This document shows positions 28,217 through 37,123 of a stretch of DNA of 64,000 bases, piece by piece; position 1 is the first letter of the stretch, and each line of letters starts with the position of its first letter. This DNA comes from an uncultured Holophagales bacterium (GTDB lineage Bacteria; Acidobacteriota; Thermoanaerobaculia; UBA5066), in contig CAZLQX010000005.1 in NCBI GenBank assembly GCA_964561935.1, positions 131,939-195,938 of the forward strand, in the 5' to 3' direction. A program made the position numbers and the translations under genes. The notes beneath the pieces are model-generated. The model saw only the letters and a program-made list of their open reading frames with translations, had not been told where the DNA came from and did no database searches.

Positions 28217-28705
28217 TCACCTCCGCGCCTCCTTCGGGAAGCGCTCGGGAGCGCGCGCGCCCGGCTCTCCGAGGACGCCCCAGAAGGCCTCCACGGGCCC
28301 GAAGAGCTCGGCCCTCTCGGCCGCGGTCGCCGTCCTCAGATACGACCCGAGAACGCGCGGGTCGTAGAAGCGGAAGACCATCCTCCTCCCGGCCGGGTCC
28401 TCGACGACGTGGATCCTCCGGAAGTGGCCCCGGAGGGCGTCGAGCGTCGTCCGCACCTCGACGAAGACGCCCCACGGCTCCTCCCAGAGCGTCTCCCGGA
28501 TCCAGCCGTAGAGGTCGAGGTCGACGTTCGCGAGCCAGGGGGCGACCGCCCAGTTCCTCTCGCGGGCCGTCCCCTTCCAGAGGCAGTCCCCCTTCTCCGG
28601 CCCGCGAAGCTGGACGCGCGCCGGGACGTCGGGCGCGTCGCAGGCGTCGAGGACGGCCCAGAGCGTCCCTTCCGAGGCGAGGAGCCGGAGGCGGGCTTCG
28701 CTCAT
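28217..28705 (-). CDS. DUF4123-like T6SS effector adaptor (Tap/Tec family, short form)
   Basis: Contains the FRFYDPRVL motif that I associate with DUF4123 adaptor proteins. It sits between the PAAR gene and the putative effector. Confidence 0.5.
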   Translation of the reverse strand: MSEARLRLLASEGTLWAVLDACDAPDVPARVQLRGPEKGDCLWKGTARERNWAVAPWLANVDLDLYGWIRETLWEEPWGVFVEVRTTLDALRGHFRRIHVVEDPAGRRMVFRFYDPRVLGSYLRTATAAERAELFGPVEAFWGVLGEPGARAPERFPKEARR

Positions 28706-28709
28706 CCGC

Positions 28710-29156
28710 TCAGTTCTCGATCACCCGCCGGGGCGGCGCGGGCCGAGGCCCGTCGCAGTCCGTCGCCACGAACGGGGCCCCCTCCCGTTTCGCCGCCCGC
28801 ATCGAGGCCCCCGTCGAGCCGCCTGCGCCCGAGGCGCTCTCGCCGACGAGGACGTCGGGGCTCCCCTCGACGAGGAAGCCCATCCCGCCGCAGTGGGCGT
28901 CCTGGTCTCCGAGGCGGTGGGCCTGCAGGTTCTCGATGAGGACGGTCGGGCTCCCCTGCACCGCGACCCAGGTGTTCGGGCCGCAGCAGGCGGCGTGGAT
29001 GCCGGTGTCGCTCACCCGGAGCGCCGGCCGGCCGTTCACGTAGACCGTCGCGGACCCGGTGATCGCCGGGCCGATCGCGGGATGCGGACAGCCGCCGCAG
29101 GCGTGCGCGTCGGCCGGGACCTGCGACTTGTCGCCGAGACGGCCCTGCGCCGGCAT
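28710..29156 (-). CDS. PAAR-domain spike tip protein
   Basis: 148 aa with the PAAR-repeat pattern: CGGCPHPAIGPAITGSATVYVNGRPALRVSD, HAACCGPNTW and HCGGMGFLVEGSPDV. Confidence 0.85.
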   Translation of the reverse strand: MPAQGRLGDKSQVPADAHACGGCPHPAIGPAITGSATVYVNGRPALRVSDTGIHAACCGPNTWVAVQGSPTVLIENLQAHRLGDQDAHCGGMGFLVEGSPDVLVGESASGAGGSTGASMRAAKREGAPFVATDCDGPRPAPPRRVIEN

Positions 29157-29168
29157 CTCCTCACCCCC

Positions 29169-31529
29169 TCAGCACGACTTCTGGCCGGTCTTCGCGTCGT
29201 CGGCCGTGTCGGGGACGGCCGGCTTCGCCTCCTCGGCGTCCTTCGGCGCGTCCGGCGCGTCGGGCGCCTCGGGGCTGGCGCCGCAGCCCTGGTCGGGCGA
29301 GCCGCCGCTGTTGATCTTCACCATCGTGCCGACGATCGTGACTCCCATCGCGTCGACCTTCACGAAGCCCCCGGGCCCCTTCAGCGTGATCGCCGTCCCG
29401 GCCTCGAGGACGAGCTTCGTCCCGGCCTTGAGGTGGATCTCCTGGCCGGCCTCGACGGCGTGGTTCGAGGAGACCTTCGCGAGGGAGGAGTCGCCGACGG
29501 TGAGGCTCACCTTCCCGGCCACCTTCTCCTTGCGCGCCCCCTGAACCTCGACGCTCTCGTCGCCGACGACCTTCTCCTTGCGCGCCCCCTTCACCTCGAC
29601 GCTCTCGTCGCCGTCGACGAGCTCCATCCGGGAGCCCTTCACGTGGCGGTGCTCGTCCTTCTCGAGGAGCGTCTTCACGACGTCCTTCACGACGACGTCG
29701 AGCGTCCCGTCCCCCTCGTCACCGCCGACGAGGAGCTTCGCGTTCCCCCCGACCTGCCGCTCCTCGTGCCGCCGCACCTTCGTGTGGTGGTCGCGGACGA
29801 CGAGCTCCCGGAAGTCGCCCTTCTTCTCCCCGTCCTCCTCGCGCCCGACCGTCAGGTGCCGGTCGTTCAGGACGTTCTCGCGCCGGTCGTTCTTGACCCG
29901 GATGTCGGTGTCCTTCTCGGCGTGGACGAAGATCTGCTGCTTGTCCTTCGTGTCGTCGAACCTCCACTCGTTGAACCCCTGCCCCCCCTTCGTGGTGTTC
30001 GACTTGTAGCCCGAGAGCTTGTTGTCGTTCTTGTGCTTGGGATCGGGGCCCTGCCCGAGGTACGGGGGCATCTGGTCCGCGTTGTAGACGACGCCGACGA
30101 TGATCGGCTGGTCGGGGTCCCCCTCGAGGAAGTCGACGAGGACCTCCTGGCCGATCCGCGGCCAGAACGAGGCCCCCCAGCGCCGCCCCGCGGCGAGCTG
30201 CCCGACGCGGATCCAGCAGGAGCTGTCCTCGTCGTTCTTCCCCTCCCGGTCCCAGTGGAACTGGACCTTCACGCGCCCGTACTTGTCCGTGAAGATCTCC
30301 TCCCCCTTCGGCCCGACGACGACCGCGGACTGGCTCCCCTGGACGACGGGCTTCGCGGTGAGCCGCTTCGGCCGGTACGGGAGCGCCGCCGGGAAGCAGG
30401 TGAAGACGTTCTGGTACGTGAGGAGCGGGTCCTTGCCCGAGCGGTAGTCGGCCCCGAAGCTCGCGCGGTGGGTCACGGCAGCGAGGACCCACGCGCCGTC
30501 GCTCGAGAAATGCCGCTTCAGCTTCAGCTTGTGGCCCGCCACGAAGTGCTTCACGTTGCTCGCGCCGCGGGCCGCGACGGCGAGCGTCGCCTCCTCGTCC
30601 ATCCGGATCTCTACGGTCCGCGTGTTGTCCTGGAAGATCTTCTGGAGCTCCCCCTGCTGCTCTCCGCCGGAGCGGTTGATCCCGTCGAAGCGCTGGGCGT
30701 ACTCGCCCGGCCAGTCGTAGACCTCCCAGCCGTCCGAGCCCTTGACCTTCAGCTTGTGCGTGTCGCGCCCCGCCTGCACCGTGTCGAGGATCGGCGCCTC
30801 CGCCTCGAGGTGCTTGTGCGGGAGCTCGAAGCAGTGGTCCCAGAGGAGCGACTTCGTCGAGCGCGCCTCCTGGTAGCGCTCCCAGCCCCAGATCCGGTTC
30901 TCGTCGCGGGTCCCGCCCGAGAGCTCCTCGTAGGTGATCTCGCTCTCGCCGGGGAGGTCGGGGAATGCGGAAGAGGAGTTCGCGACGACCATCGTGTGCC
31001 GGCCGTCCTCGTGGCGGAAGAAGTAGAAGATCCCCTCCTCCTCCATGAGGCGCGAGGCGAAGTTGAAGTCCGTCTCCCGGTACTGGACGCAGAAGTCGCG
31101 CTTCTCGAACGTCCCCTGGATCTGCCAGTCGACGGTGACCCCCTTCATCACCTCCTTGAGGATGTCGGGGACGTTCATCCGCTGGAAGATCCGGCTCTGG
31201 GCCTTCCGCGCGAGGAGCTGGAACTCGGGGACGAGCTCGGCCCGGTAGAGCGTGAAGTTCTCGTCGCGCCCGGCCTGCGAGAAGCGCGCGCAGACGCCGT
31301 TGAAGTGGTGCTCCGTCGACTCGTCGGGAAGGAGGAGGTGGACCGTGAGCTTCTCCCCGAGGAGCGCGTCGAACGGGACCTTCTGCCGGTTCTCCGCGAT
31401 CATCTCGATCTGGAAGCGGAACGGCCGCGAGATCTCCTCGGTGCCGGTGAAGGCCTTCAGGAGGAGGACGTTCTCCCCCAGCGGCGTCGTGACGCGGACC
31501 TTGCGGTTCTGCTGCAGGTAGGACGTCAC
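29169..31529 (-). CDS. vgrG: VgrG (TssI) spike protein
   Basis: gp27-like N-terminus (SYLQQNRKVRVTTPLGENVLLLKAFTGTEEISRPFRFQIEMIA), gp5-like OB domain, and a C-terminal beta-helix of repeated VxGxxxxxV units. A GTG start is proposed at 31529 with G-rich RBS-like sequence upstream; the ORF's first Met at 31775 would add an Arg/Pro-rich leader. Confidence 0.9.
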   Translation of the reverse strand: MTSYLQQNRKVRVTTPLGENVLLLKAFTGTEEISRPFRFQIEMIAENRQKVPFDALLGEKLTVHLLLPDESTEHHFNGVCARFSQAGRDENFTLYRAELVPEFQLLARKAQSRIFQRMNVPDILKEVMKGVTVDWQIQGTFEKRDFCVQYRETDFNFASRLMEEEGIFYFFRHEDGRHTMVVANSSSAFPDLPGESEITYEELSGGTRDENRIWGWERYQEARSTKSLLWDHCFELPHKHLEAEAPILDTVQAGRDTHKLKVKGSDGWEVYDWPGEYAQRFDGINRSGGEQQGELQKIFQDNTRTVEIRMDEEATLAVAARGASNVKHFVAGHKLKLKRHFSSDGAWVLAAVTHRASFGADYRSGKDPLLTYQNVFTCFPAALPYRPKRLTAKPVVQGSQSAVVVGPKGEEIFTDKYGRVKVQFHWDREGKNDEDSSCWIRVGQLAAGRRWGASFWPRIGQEVLVDFLEGDPDQPIIVGVVYNADQMPPYLGQGPDPKHKNDNKLSGYKSNTTKGGQGFNEWRFDDTKDKQQIFVHAEKDTDIRVKNDRRENVLNDRHLTVGREEDGEKKGDFRELVVRDHHTKVRRHEERQVGGNAKLLVGGDEGDGTLDVVVKDVVKTLLEKDEHRHVKGSRMELVDGDESVEVKGARKEKVVGDESVEVQGARKEKVAGKVSLTVGDSSLAKVSSNHAVEAGQEIHLKAGTKLVLEAGTAITLKGPGGFVKVDAMGVTIVGTMVKINSGGSPDQGCGASPEAPDAPDAPKDAEEAKPAVPDTADDAKTGQKSC

Positions 31530-31741
31530 CCCACACCCCCGCACCGGACGAAAGATCCGGGTCGCACGGGCCGGTGCTCCCGACGGGCCATTCTCGCTCC
31601 GGGGAGGGCGTCGGGTACACCCTTTCGCGAGCGGCGGCGAGGGACGCGGCGGGAGGGGGCGGCCCCACGGGCGACGGCCGGCCTCCCCGGGGTCGGGCGC
31701 TGCCCCCGGGAGAGACGGCTTCGGGCTATTCTCGGCGTCCG

Positions 31742-33268
31742 ATGCACGCTCGCCGGCTCCGGGCCCTCGCCGCACTCTGCGGCCTTTGCGCGTATGGCTG
31801 CCGCGGCTCGGGCCGCGGCCCCGGGGAGACGCTCACCGTCTCGGTCCCGTACGACGTCGACTCGCTCGAGCCGGGGCGGCGCGACCGCCTGAGCGACTTC
31901 GCCGTCCTCTCGAACGCCTACGAGCCTCTCGTGACGACCGACGCCCGGCTCGCCCTCGCGCCCGCCCTCGCGCGCCGATGGGAGAACCCCGACGAGAGGA
32001 GCTGGGTCTTCCACCTCCGCCGCGACGTCCGCTTCCACGACGGGAAGCCGATGACGGCGGACGACGTCGTCTTCACGTTCCGCCGGCTCCTCGACGACCC
32101 GTCCCTCGAAGCCCGGCGGCACATCCTCGCGGTCGAGGACGTCCGGAGGATCACCGATTCGATCGTCGTCGTCAGGACGCGGGCGCCCCTCGCCGACTTC
32201 CTGAACCGGGTCCGCTTCCTCCATGTCGTGCGCCGGGGGTCGACGAACGAGGAGCTGCGGACACGGCCGAACGGGACGGGACCGTTCCGCACCGCCGCCT
32301 ACCGGGCCGGGAAGGAGGTCGTCTTCGAGCGGAACGACGCCTACTGGGGCCCGCGGCCTTCCTTCGAGAGGGCGGTCCTCCGCCTGAACCGCTCGGCCCC
32401 GAAGGCCCTTGCCGAGCTCGAGGAGGGGACGAGCGACCTCGTCCAGGCCGGCTCGCGGGACGCGCTCGCGAGGGCGGGCCCCGGGGTCCGTGTCCGACGG
32501 GTCCCGAGCATCACCGTGAAGCTCCTCCTCTTCGACGTGGAGCGGGAGGGGACGCCGCACGTCGAAGGGGGGCGGAACCCGTTCCGCGACCGGAGGGTGC
32601 GGGAGGCAGTCCACCTCGCGCTCGACCGGTCCCGTTTTGCCCGGCTCCTCCGCGCGCCCGCCGTCCCGGCGGTCCAGCTCGTCCCCCCGTTCATCTTCGG
32701 CTTCGACCCCGACCTCCCCGCGCCCGTCCACGACCTCGCTCGGGCGAAGGCCCTCCTCTCGGAGGCGGGCTGGCCCTCCGGGTTCCGCGTGACGCTCCAT
32801 GCCCGCGAGCTCCTCGCGGACGGGGCCGAGGCCGTCCGGACCCTCCTCGCCCCGGCGGGGATCCGGGTCGACGTGCGGCTCCTCTCGGAGAAGGAGTTCT
32901 TCGGCGCGACGAGCGTCGCCCGGCGGGACTTCGCGATGGCCCTCACGCGGTTCGGCTGCCCGACGGGCGACGCCGCGAACTTCCTCGACGCCGCCCTCCA
33001 CACGCGGGAGACGGGGACCGGGCTCGGCCGGGCGAACACCGGCGGCTACTCGAGCCCCGAGGCGGACCGCCTCGTCGACGAGGCGGCCCGCACGCTCGAC
33101 CCGCCCCGACGCAAAGCCGTGCTGCAGCAGCTCATGCGCCTCGCGATGCACGACCTCCCGTGGGTCCCGCTCTACCTCGAGGAGGAGGTCTACCTCTCGC
33201 GCGAGGGGATCGACTGGGAGCCCCGCCTCGACAACTACGTCCTCCTCTCGGAGGTCCGGCTCCGCTGA
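31742..33268 (+). CDS. ABC transporter substrate-binding protein, family 5 (peptide/nickel/opine type), lipoprotein
   Basis: Lipobox MHARRLRALAALCGLCAYGC, then typical cluster-C SBP blocks: VSVPYDVDSLEP, VFHLRRDVRFHDGKPMTADDVVFTF and RNDAYWG. No permease or ATPase genes nearby. Confidence 0.8.
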   Translation: MHARRLRALAALCGLCAYGCRGSGRGPGETLTVSVPYDVDSLEPGRRDRLSDFAVLSNAYEPLVTTDARLALAPALARRWENPDERSWVFHLRRDVRFHDGKPMTADDVVFTFRRLLDDPSLEARRHILAVEDVRRITDSIVVVRTRAPLADFLNRVRFLHVVRRGSTNEELRTRPNGTGPFRTAAYRAGKEVVFERNDAYWGPRPSFERAVLRLNRSAPKALAELEEGTSDLVQAGSRDALARAGPGVRVRRVPSITVKLLLFDVEREGTPHVEGGRNPFRDRRVREAVHLALDRSRFARLLRAPAVPAVQLVPPFIFGFDPDLPAPVHDLARAKALLSEAGWPSGFRVTLHARELLADGAEAVRTLLAPAGIRVDVRLLSEKEFFGATSVARRDFAMALTRFGCPTGDAANFLDAALHTRETGTGLGRANTGGYSSPEADRLVDEAARTLDPPRRKAVLQQLMRLAMHDLPWVPLYLEEEVYLSREGIDWEPRLDNYVLLSEVRLR

Positions 33269-33440
33269 CCCGCCGCGGGGACGGGGAGGCCGGCGCGTCG
33301 GTCCGACGCCCCGAGCCCGAGAGGGGATCCGGGGCGAGGATCCCGGCCCGGCGGCCGGGAGCGCCCGGAGCCGCGAGAGAAGGGGCCGGGCCCCCCTCGC
33401 GGGAAGCCCGGCCCCGCCGGGTCAAGAGGGAACGGACGGG

Positions 33441-36092
33441 TCAGGAGATGTCGTAGGCGAACGCCCCGCCCTCGCCGACGCGGACGTGGACCTTCGAGAT
33501 CGACGCCCCCTCGGCCATCCGGGCGAGGAACTCCCCCGAGAGGTCGGGGAGGACGGTCTTCGTGAGGATCGAGTCGACGTTCCGCGCGCCCGACTCGACC
33601 TCCTTGCACCGGCTCCCGATCTCGTTCACGACGGCCTCGTCGTAGCTGAACGTCGCGCCGTGGTTCTCCATGAGGCGCTTCCCGATCCGGCCGAGCTGGA
33701 GCCGGATGATGAGCTTCATGACGGACTCGGAGATCGGGTAGTACGGGACGATCGACATGCGGCCGAGGAAGGCGGGCTTGAAGATCTTGTCGAGCCCCGG
33801 CTTGATCGTCTCGACGATCTTCTGGGGCGTCGGCGCCGTCTCCGGGTCGGCGCACATCTTCATCATCGCCTCCGACTCGGCGTTCGTCGTCAGGAGGATG
33901 ACGCAGTTCTTGAAGTCGATCTCGCGCCCCTCGCCGTCCTCCATCTGCCCCTTGTCGAAGACCTGGTAGAAGAGCTCGAGGACGTCCGGGTGCGCCTTCT
34001 CGACCTCGTCGAGGAGGACGACGGAGTAGGGCTTGCGCCGCACGGCCTCGGTCAGGACGCCCCCCTCGCCGTAGCCGACGTAGCCCGGAGGGGAGCCCTT
34101 CAGCGACGAGACGGTGTGCGCTTCCTGGAACTCCGACATGTTGATCGTGACCATGTTCCGCTCGCCGCCGTAGAGCGTCTCGGCGAGCGCGATCGCGGTC
34201 TCCGTCTTCCCGACGCCCGAGGTGCCGACGAACATGAACACGGCGATCGGCTTGCGCGGGTCGGTCAGGCCGGCGCGCGCGGTCTGGATCTTCTGCGCGA
34301 TCGCCGCGAGAGCGTGGTCCTGGCCGACGACCCGCTCGCCGAGGAGCTTGTCGAGGTTCCGCACCGTCTCGATCTCGTCCGCCTGCATCCGCCCCACGGG
34401 AATGCCCGTCCAGCCGGCGACGATCTCGGCGACGGCCTGGGCGTTCACGTCGGCCTGCATCATCGGGGTGTCGCCCTGGACGGCCTTCAGCTCGGCCTTG
34501 AGCCCGTCGAGCTCCTTGCGGAGCGCCTCGAGGCCCGCCTCGTCGCTCCCGCCGACGGCCGCCTCGAGCTTGCCGCGCGTCTCCTTGATCTTGTTGACGA
34601 GCTCGATCTCCTTCTTGCACTGCTCGTCGAGGACGGCGAGGCGGGCCTGGGTCTCGGCCTTCGCGGCCTTCGCCTTCTCGATCCGCTCGCCGTGGGCCGC
34701 CCCCGCGGCCGCCTCGCGCTCGAGCGCGTCGATCTCGGCGCCGAGCTGGTCGATCCGGCGCCGGCAGTCCTCGATCGGGGCGGGCGTCGCGGCCTGGCTG
34801 ATGTTCACCTTCGCGCAGGCCGTGTCGAGGACGGAGACGCACTTGTCGGGGAGCTGCCGCCCCGAGATGTACCGGTGGGAGAGCTTGACGGACGACTCGA
34901 CGGCCTCGTCGAGGATCCGGAGGCCCCCGTGGTGCTTCTCGAGGTTCTTCGCGAGGGCCCGCATCATGACGATCGCGACGTCCTCGGTCGGCTCCTCGAC
35001 CTTCACGACCTGGAAGCGCCGGGCGAGGGCGGCGTCCTTCTCGAAGTACTTCTTGTACTCGGCCCACGTCGTCGCGGCGATCGTCCGGAGCTCGCCGCGC
35101 GCGAGGGCGGGCTTCAGGAGGTTCGCGGCGTCGTTCTGCCCCGCCGAGCCCCCCGCCCCGATCATCGTGTGCGCCTCGTCGATGAAGATGATGATCGGCG
35201 TCGGCGAGGACTTGACCTCCTCGATGACCTGCTTGAGGCGGTTCTCGAACTCGCCCTTGATCCCCGCGCCCGCCTGGAGGAGGCCGAGGTCGAGCGTCCG
35301 CACGGTGACGTTCTTCAGCGGCCCCGGGACGTCCCCCTGGACGATCCGCTGCGCGAAGCCCTCGACGACGGCCGTCTTGCCGACGCCCGCCTCGCCCGTG
35401 AGGATCGGGTTGTTCTGGCGGCGCCGCGTCAGGATGTCGATGACCTGGCGGATCTCGAAGTCGCGCCCGAGGATCGGGTCGATCTTCCCGGCGCGCGCCT
35501 TCGCCGTGAGGTCCTCCGTGTACTGGTCGAGCGCCTTCGTCTTCCCCGGGACCCCCGTCGCGACGTCCGGCCCGCCGGCGGCGCCGGGCGCCGTGGAGAG
35601 CGCCTGCGCCTCGCGGTCCTCGGCGGAGCCCTTCACGATGTCCGCGAGCTCCTTGGCGAGCTGCTCCGCCGAGATGCGGGCGAGGTCCTTCGAGATCTCG
35701 CGCGCGAGGCGCGCGAGGTCGTCGTCGGTCAGGAGGACGAGGACGAGGTGCCCGGAGCGGATCTTCGCCGCACCGTACTCGATCGAGGCGACGACCCAAG
35801 CCTTCTCGACGAGGCGCGGGATCCGCGGCGAGAGCCCCGGCGTGCGGGAGTTGCCCGTCTTGAGCCGGTCGAGGTTGAACGTCACGTCCTTGACGAGGCG
35901 GGACATGTCGATCTCGAATCGCCGCAGGATCTTCGCGAGGTCCGTGTCCGGCGCCTCGAGGAGCTTCAGGAGGAAGTGCTCGACCTCGACGTCGTAGTTC
36001 GTCCGGGAGAGACAGAGCCCCGCCGCGTTGTGAAAGGCCTTGTAGCAGGTCTCGTTGAGCCGACCGAACAGGGACTTCGTGTTCACGCTCAT
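33441..36092 (-). CDS. clpV: ClpV (TssH) AAA+ ATPase
   Basis: Clp N-domain, two AAA+ modules (Walker A GEAGVGKTA and GTSGVGKTE), and ClpB-type middle region. The internal Met (MSVNTKSLFGRLNETC) is taken as start because it matches the ClpV N-terminus. Confidence 0.9.
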   Translation of the reverse strand: MSVNTKSLFGRLNETCYKAFHNAAGLCLSRTNYDVEVEHFLLKLLEAPDTDLAKILRRFEIDMSRLVKDVTFNLDRLKTGNSRTPGLSPRIPRLVEKAWVVASIEYGAAKIRSGHLVLVLLTDDDLARLAREISKDLARISAEQLAKELADIVKGSAEDREAQALSTAPGAAGGPDVATGVPGKTKALDQYTEDLTAKARAGKIDPILGRDFEIRQVIDILTRRRQNNPILTGEAGVGKTAVVEGFAQRIVQGDVPGPLKNVTVRTLDLGLLQAGAGIKGEFENRLKQVIEEVKSSPTPIIIFIDEAHTMIGAGGSAGQNDAANLLKPALARGELRTIAATTWAEYKKYFEKDAALARRFQVVKVEEPTEDVAIVMMRALAKNLEKHHGGLRILDEAVESSVKLSHRYISGRQLPDKCVSVLDTACAKVNISQAATPAPIEDCRRRIDQLGAEIDALEREAAAGAAHGERIEKAKAAKAETQARLAVLDEQCKKEIELVNKIKETRGKLEAAVGGSDEAGLEALRKELDGLKAELKAVQGDTPMMQADVNAQAVAEIVAGWTGIPVGRMQADEIETVRNLDKLLGERVVGQDHALAAIAQKIQTARAGLTDPRKPIAVFMFVGTSGVGKTETAIALAETLYGGERNMVTINMSEFQEAHTVSSLKGSPPGYVGYGEGGVLTEAVRRKPYSVVLLDEVEKAHPDVLELFYQVFDKGQMEDGEGREIDFKNCVILLTTNAESEAMMKMCADPETAPTPQKIVETIKPGLDKIFKPAFLGRMSIVPYYPISESVMKLIIRLQLGRIGKRLMENHGATFSYDEAVVNEIGSRCKEVESGARNVDSILTKTVLPDLSGEFLARMAEGASISKVHVRVGEGGAFAYDIS

Positions 36093-36121
36093 TTCGTCGT
36101 CCTCTCGCGCGCCGTCTTTCC

Positions 36122-37117
36122 TCAATTATCGACCGGGAGGACGACTTCGTCGGCGTCCTTCCGGGGCGTTTCGCTGGTGACCCAGGTCGTCCACCCGAGC
36201 ATCGGGGGGAGCGGGGATCTCGAGTCGAGGGAGCAGGGGGGGACATCCTCCTTGCGGAGGACGAGCTGGACGTCGTAGTCGAACTCGAGGCCCGCGAGGT
36301 ACCGAACGAGCTCCTTCAGCGGCCGGAAGGAGGGCCCGACGGGAAGGAAGGCGACGAACTGGGCGAGGGTGAGGGGCCCCATCCTGACCCGGAACTTCGA
36401 CTGAGAGACGAAGACGGACGACCCCGCGACGACCGTCCGCCCGAGCTCGGAGTTCGCCTGCCCGATCCGGGTCACGTTCTCCGCCTCGAGGGGGAACCAC
36501 TGCCCCAGGAACTGGACGACCTCGGCCGGCGCCCGGAAGTAGTCCCTCAGGACGGAGGCGATCGCCCCCGCCGAGTGGGGCCTCTGCGCCACGAGGCCCG
36601 CGTAGAGGAGGAGCGCCTGGTCCGGGACGCTCATCCGGCCCCTGAGCCCCGGCGTCCCCATCCCGATCAGGTCGAAGAGGTACTCGGTGAACGAGTCCTC
36701 GCCCCGCCGCTCGTAGGCGATGGGGAAGCGGTACTTCTCCCACGCGCGGTAGAAGAGCGAGGCGAACCGGTGGTTGAAGAGGTCGAGGAACGCCCAGAGC
36801 GCGGTGTCCTTGTAGGAGACCCGCTCCTTGACGAGCTCCGTGTACGGGTGCGGGAGGACCCCGAGCGGCCCGGTGAGCCCGATGAAGTTCACCGTCATCT
36901 CGGGCGGGCGGTCCTCCTGGCCCGGCGGCGGCGCCTTCAGGTCGACGACCTCGCTCGCGGGGAACGAGAGCGAGGGGTGCGACCGGATCCGGACGATCTC
37001 GCTCCCGGGCCTCACCGCGCGGCCGATCCCCTCCTTCTCCGGGTGGATCCGCTCGAGGAGGCGGACCGCCTGGAAGAAGGAGAAGCGGTGCGGCTCGGAG
37101 TAGAGGAGCTCCTTCAT
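36122..37117 (-). CDS. tssG: TssG baseplate protein
   Basis: MKELLYSEPHRFSFFQAVRLLERIHPE is the canonical TssG N-terminus. Its stop overlaps the clpV start region. Confidence 0.85.
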   Translation of the reverse strand: MKELLYSEPHRFSFFQAVRLLERIHPEKEGIGRAVRPGSEIVRIRSHPSLSFPASEVVDLKAPPPGQEDRPPEMTVNFIGLTGPLGVLPHPYTELVKERVSYKDTALWAFLDLFNHRFASLFYRAWEKYRFPIAYERRGEDSFTEYLFDLIGMGTPGLRGRMSVPDQALLLYAGLVAQRPHSAGAIASVLRDYFRAPAEVVQFLGQWFPLEAENVTRIGQANSELGRTVVAGSSVFVSQSKFRVRMGPLTLAQFVAFLPVGPSFRPLKELVRYLAGLEFDYDVQLVLRKEDVPPCSLDSRSPLPPMLGWTTWVTSETPRKDADEVVLPVDN

Positions 37118-37123
37118 CGGCGC

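Noticed and set aside
23891-28939. 1682-aa plus ORF and 23349..26237 (-) 962-aa ORF across the effector island
   Set aside because: Homopolymeric Arg/Pro/Gly runs. They cut across the PAAR, DUF4123 and TssBC-like genes, which have specific motifs.
28893-33151. ORFs 28893..31892 (+), 29719..31668 (-), 31526..33151 (-) and 31786..33456 (+) over vgrG and the SBP gene
   Set aside because: All are off-frame or antisense with Arg/Pro/Asp-rich junk. The vgrG and SBP frames carry canonical family sequences.
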